DNA of 64,000 bases from Callorhinchus milii (Eukaryota). The stretch lies in NCBI RefSeq assembly GCF_018977255.1, contig NW_024704743.1, positions 54,066,001 to 54,130,000 of the forward strand, written 5' to 3'. Below are positions 63,080 to 64,000 of the stretch, one piece after another; the stretch's first letter is position 1; every line of letters begins with the position of its first letter. The position numbers were made by a program, and so were the translations under genes. The notes under the pieces are model-generated. The model ran no database searches and had not been told where the DNA came from. It saw only the letters and a program-made list of their open reading frames with translations.

Positions 63080-63440
63080 AACATTGGTGTCAAAGCACTT
63101 CTGTAAAAAGTGTAGTGACTGTAATTGCAAATGTAGACAAACACAGCAGCCAATTTGCACACAGCAATGTCCTGAAAACAGTTATGAAGTGAATGACCAA
63201 TTTTATTTTTACCTGAAGGACTGTTGGCGAGGACACTGAGAGAAACTGCTTTCATTTTTTGAATAGTGTTGCAGGATCTTTAATATCTAACAGGCAGATG
63301 GAACCTCGTTTTAACGTTTCATCTGAAAGATGTTACCTCAGACAATGCAATTCCCCACTGTCTAGACTATGAGCTCAACGTCATGCTTGAACCCACAACC
63401 TTCTGACCCAGTGGCGAGAGTGCTACCAACTGAGTCAGTC
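63080..63440 (-). mobile_element. DeuSINE-like copy abutting an L2 fragment
   Basis: Head at about 63385-63435, core and tail. Confidence 0.72.
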
Positions 63441-64000
63441 TAAATAACAGTATATCATTTACAACTGCAAGAAAACATTTTCAGGCATATAATAAAATCA
63501 TAATTGCTAAAGTCATCTTTTTTTTGCAGGAGAGAATAACAATAGGTGCAAATGACTGACTAACTTAAAAGGGCTGCTTTTCGTGCTTAAAGATGTTTTC
63601 AGATCATCGGGATGACAGTAGTTTTCACATTTCTTGCATTTTTGTTTGAATCCGGATATTTCTATTATGTAGACAGCAGGCAGATGGGATTTCTGACCTC
63701 AACAAAGGATTGAAATTTCTCACTGAATGCTCTTAGAAACCTGGTTATGCTAACTGATGATTTATCTAATGCATGAGGGATGGCTCAAAGTTCCTCACAA
63801 ATGATGATGAACTCTTCAAATCGCTATCCTCATTCGCACCAAATTCCGTATGCTCATTCTCCCAAAGGATCAACTTCAACCTCTACACCCTCACCTGTAA
63901 ATCCCCTTACGTGCTAGCATTACACCATGGTATAGCGCTGTGATCTTCTCTCGCCCCACTTTTCTACTTATCCCCTTCATGCAACTAACTCAGGCCTGTT

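Noticed and set aside
62444..63160. 238-aa novel chimeric protein
   Set aside because: Chance read-through of a SINE tail, an L2 RT fragment and a nested tail insertion; no catalytic RT core.
6326..63255. Remaining short ORFs (60-190 aa) in the ORF track
   Set aside because: They are antisense or out-of-frame shadows of dynein exons, translations of SINE/LINE relics, or random intronic ORFs with no recognisable domain.
55340..64000. Upstream dynein exons and promoter
   Set aside because: No dynein-like exon or CpG-island promoter recognised by eye; probably outside the window, though a diverged exon could have been missed.

Overview
Vertebrate nuclear DNA, most likely from a cartilaginous fish and probably a chimaera (inferred from the repeat families, not proven). 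The window covers the N-terminal tail/linker third of an outer-arm axonemal dynein heavy-chain gene on the minus strand, best matching DNAH11. I traced 26 consecutive coding exons (E1-E26, from 55337 down to 817) by hand. They splice into one stop-free frame of 4461 nt (1487 codons) with consistent phases; all splice sites are GT-AG except one GC-AG intron. The start of the gene and the AAA motor exons are outside the window, or at least I could not find them. The introns hold young tRNA-Ala-headed SINEs, older DeuSINE (SacSINE1-like) copies, CR1 and L2 LINE fragments, a probable solo LTR, small inverted-repeat elements, an unclassified retroposed repeat family, a 4.3-kb C/A-rich minisatellite and a 14-bp minisatellite. 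The most notable observations are a locally templated insertion that copied part of a dynein exon into a CR1 relic, a decayed hammerhead ribozyme, the GC donor, the solo LTR nested in an unclassified repeat, and the structured G-rich minisatellite. I found no convincing new protein-coding system. The very long ORFs at 1-5.5 kb are repeat artefacts. Repeat boundaries are approximate and were set by eye.
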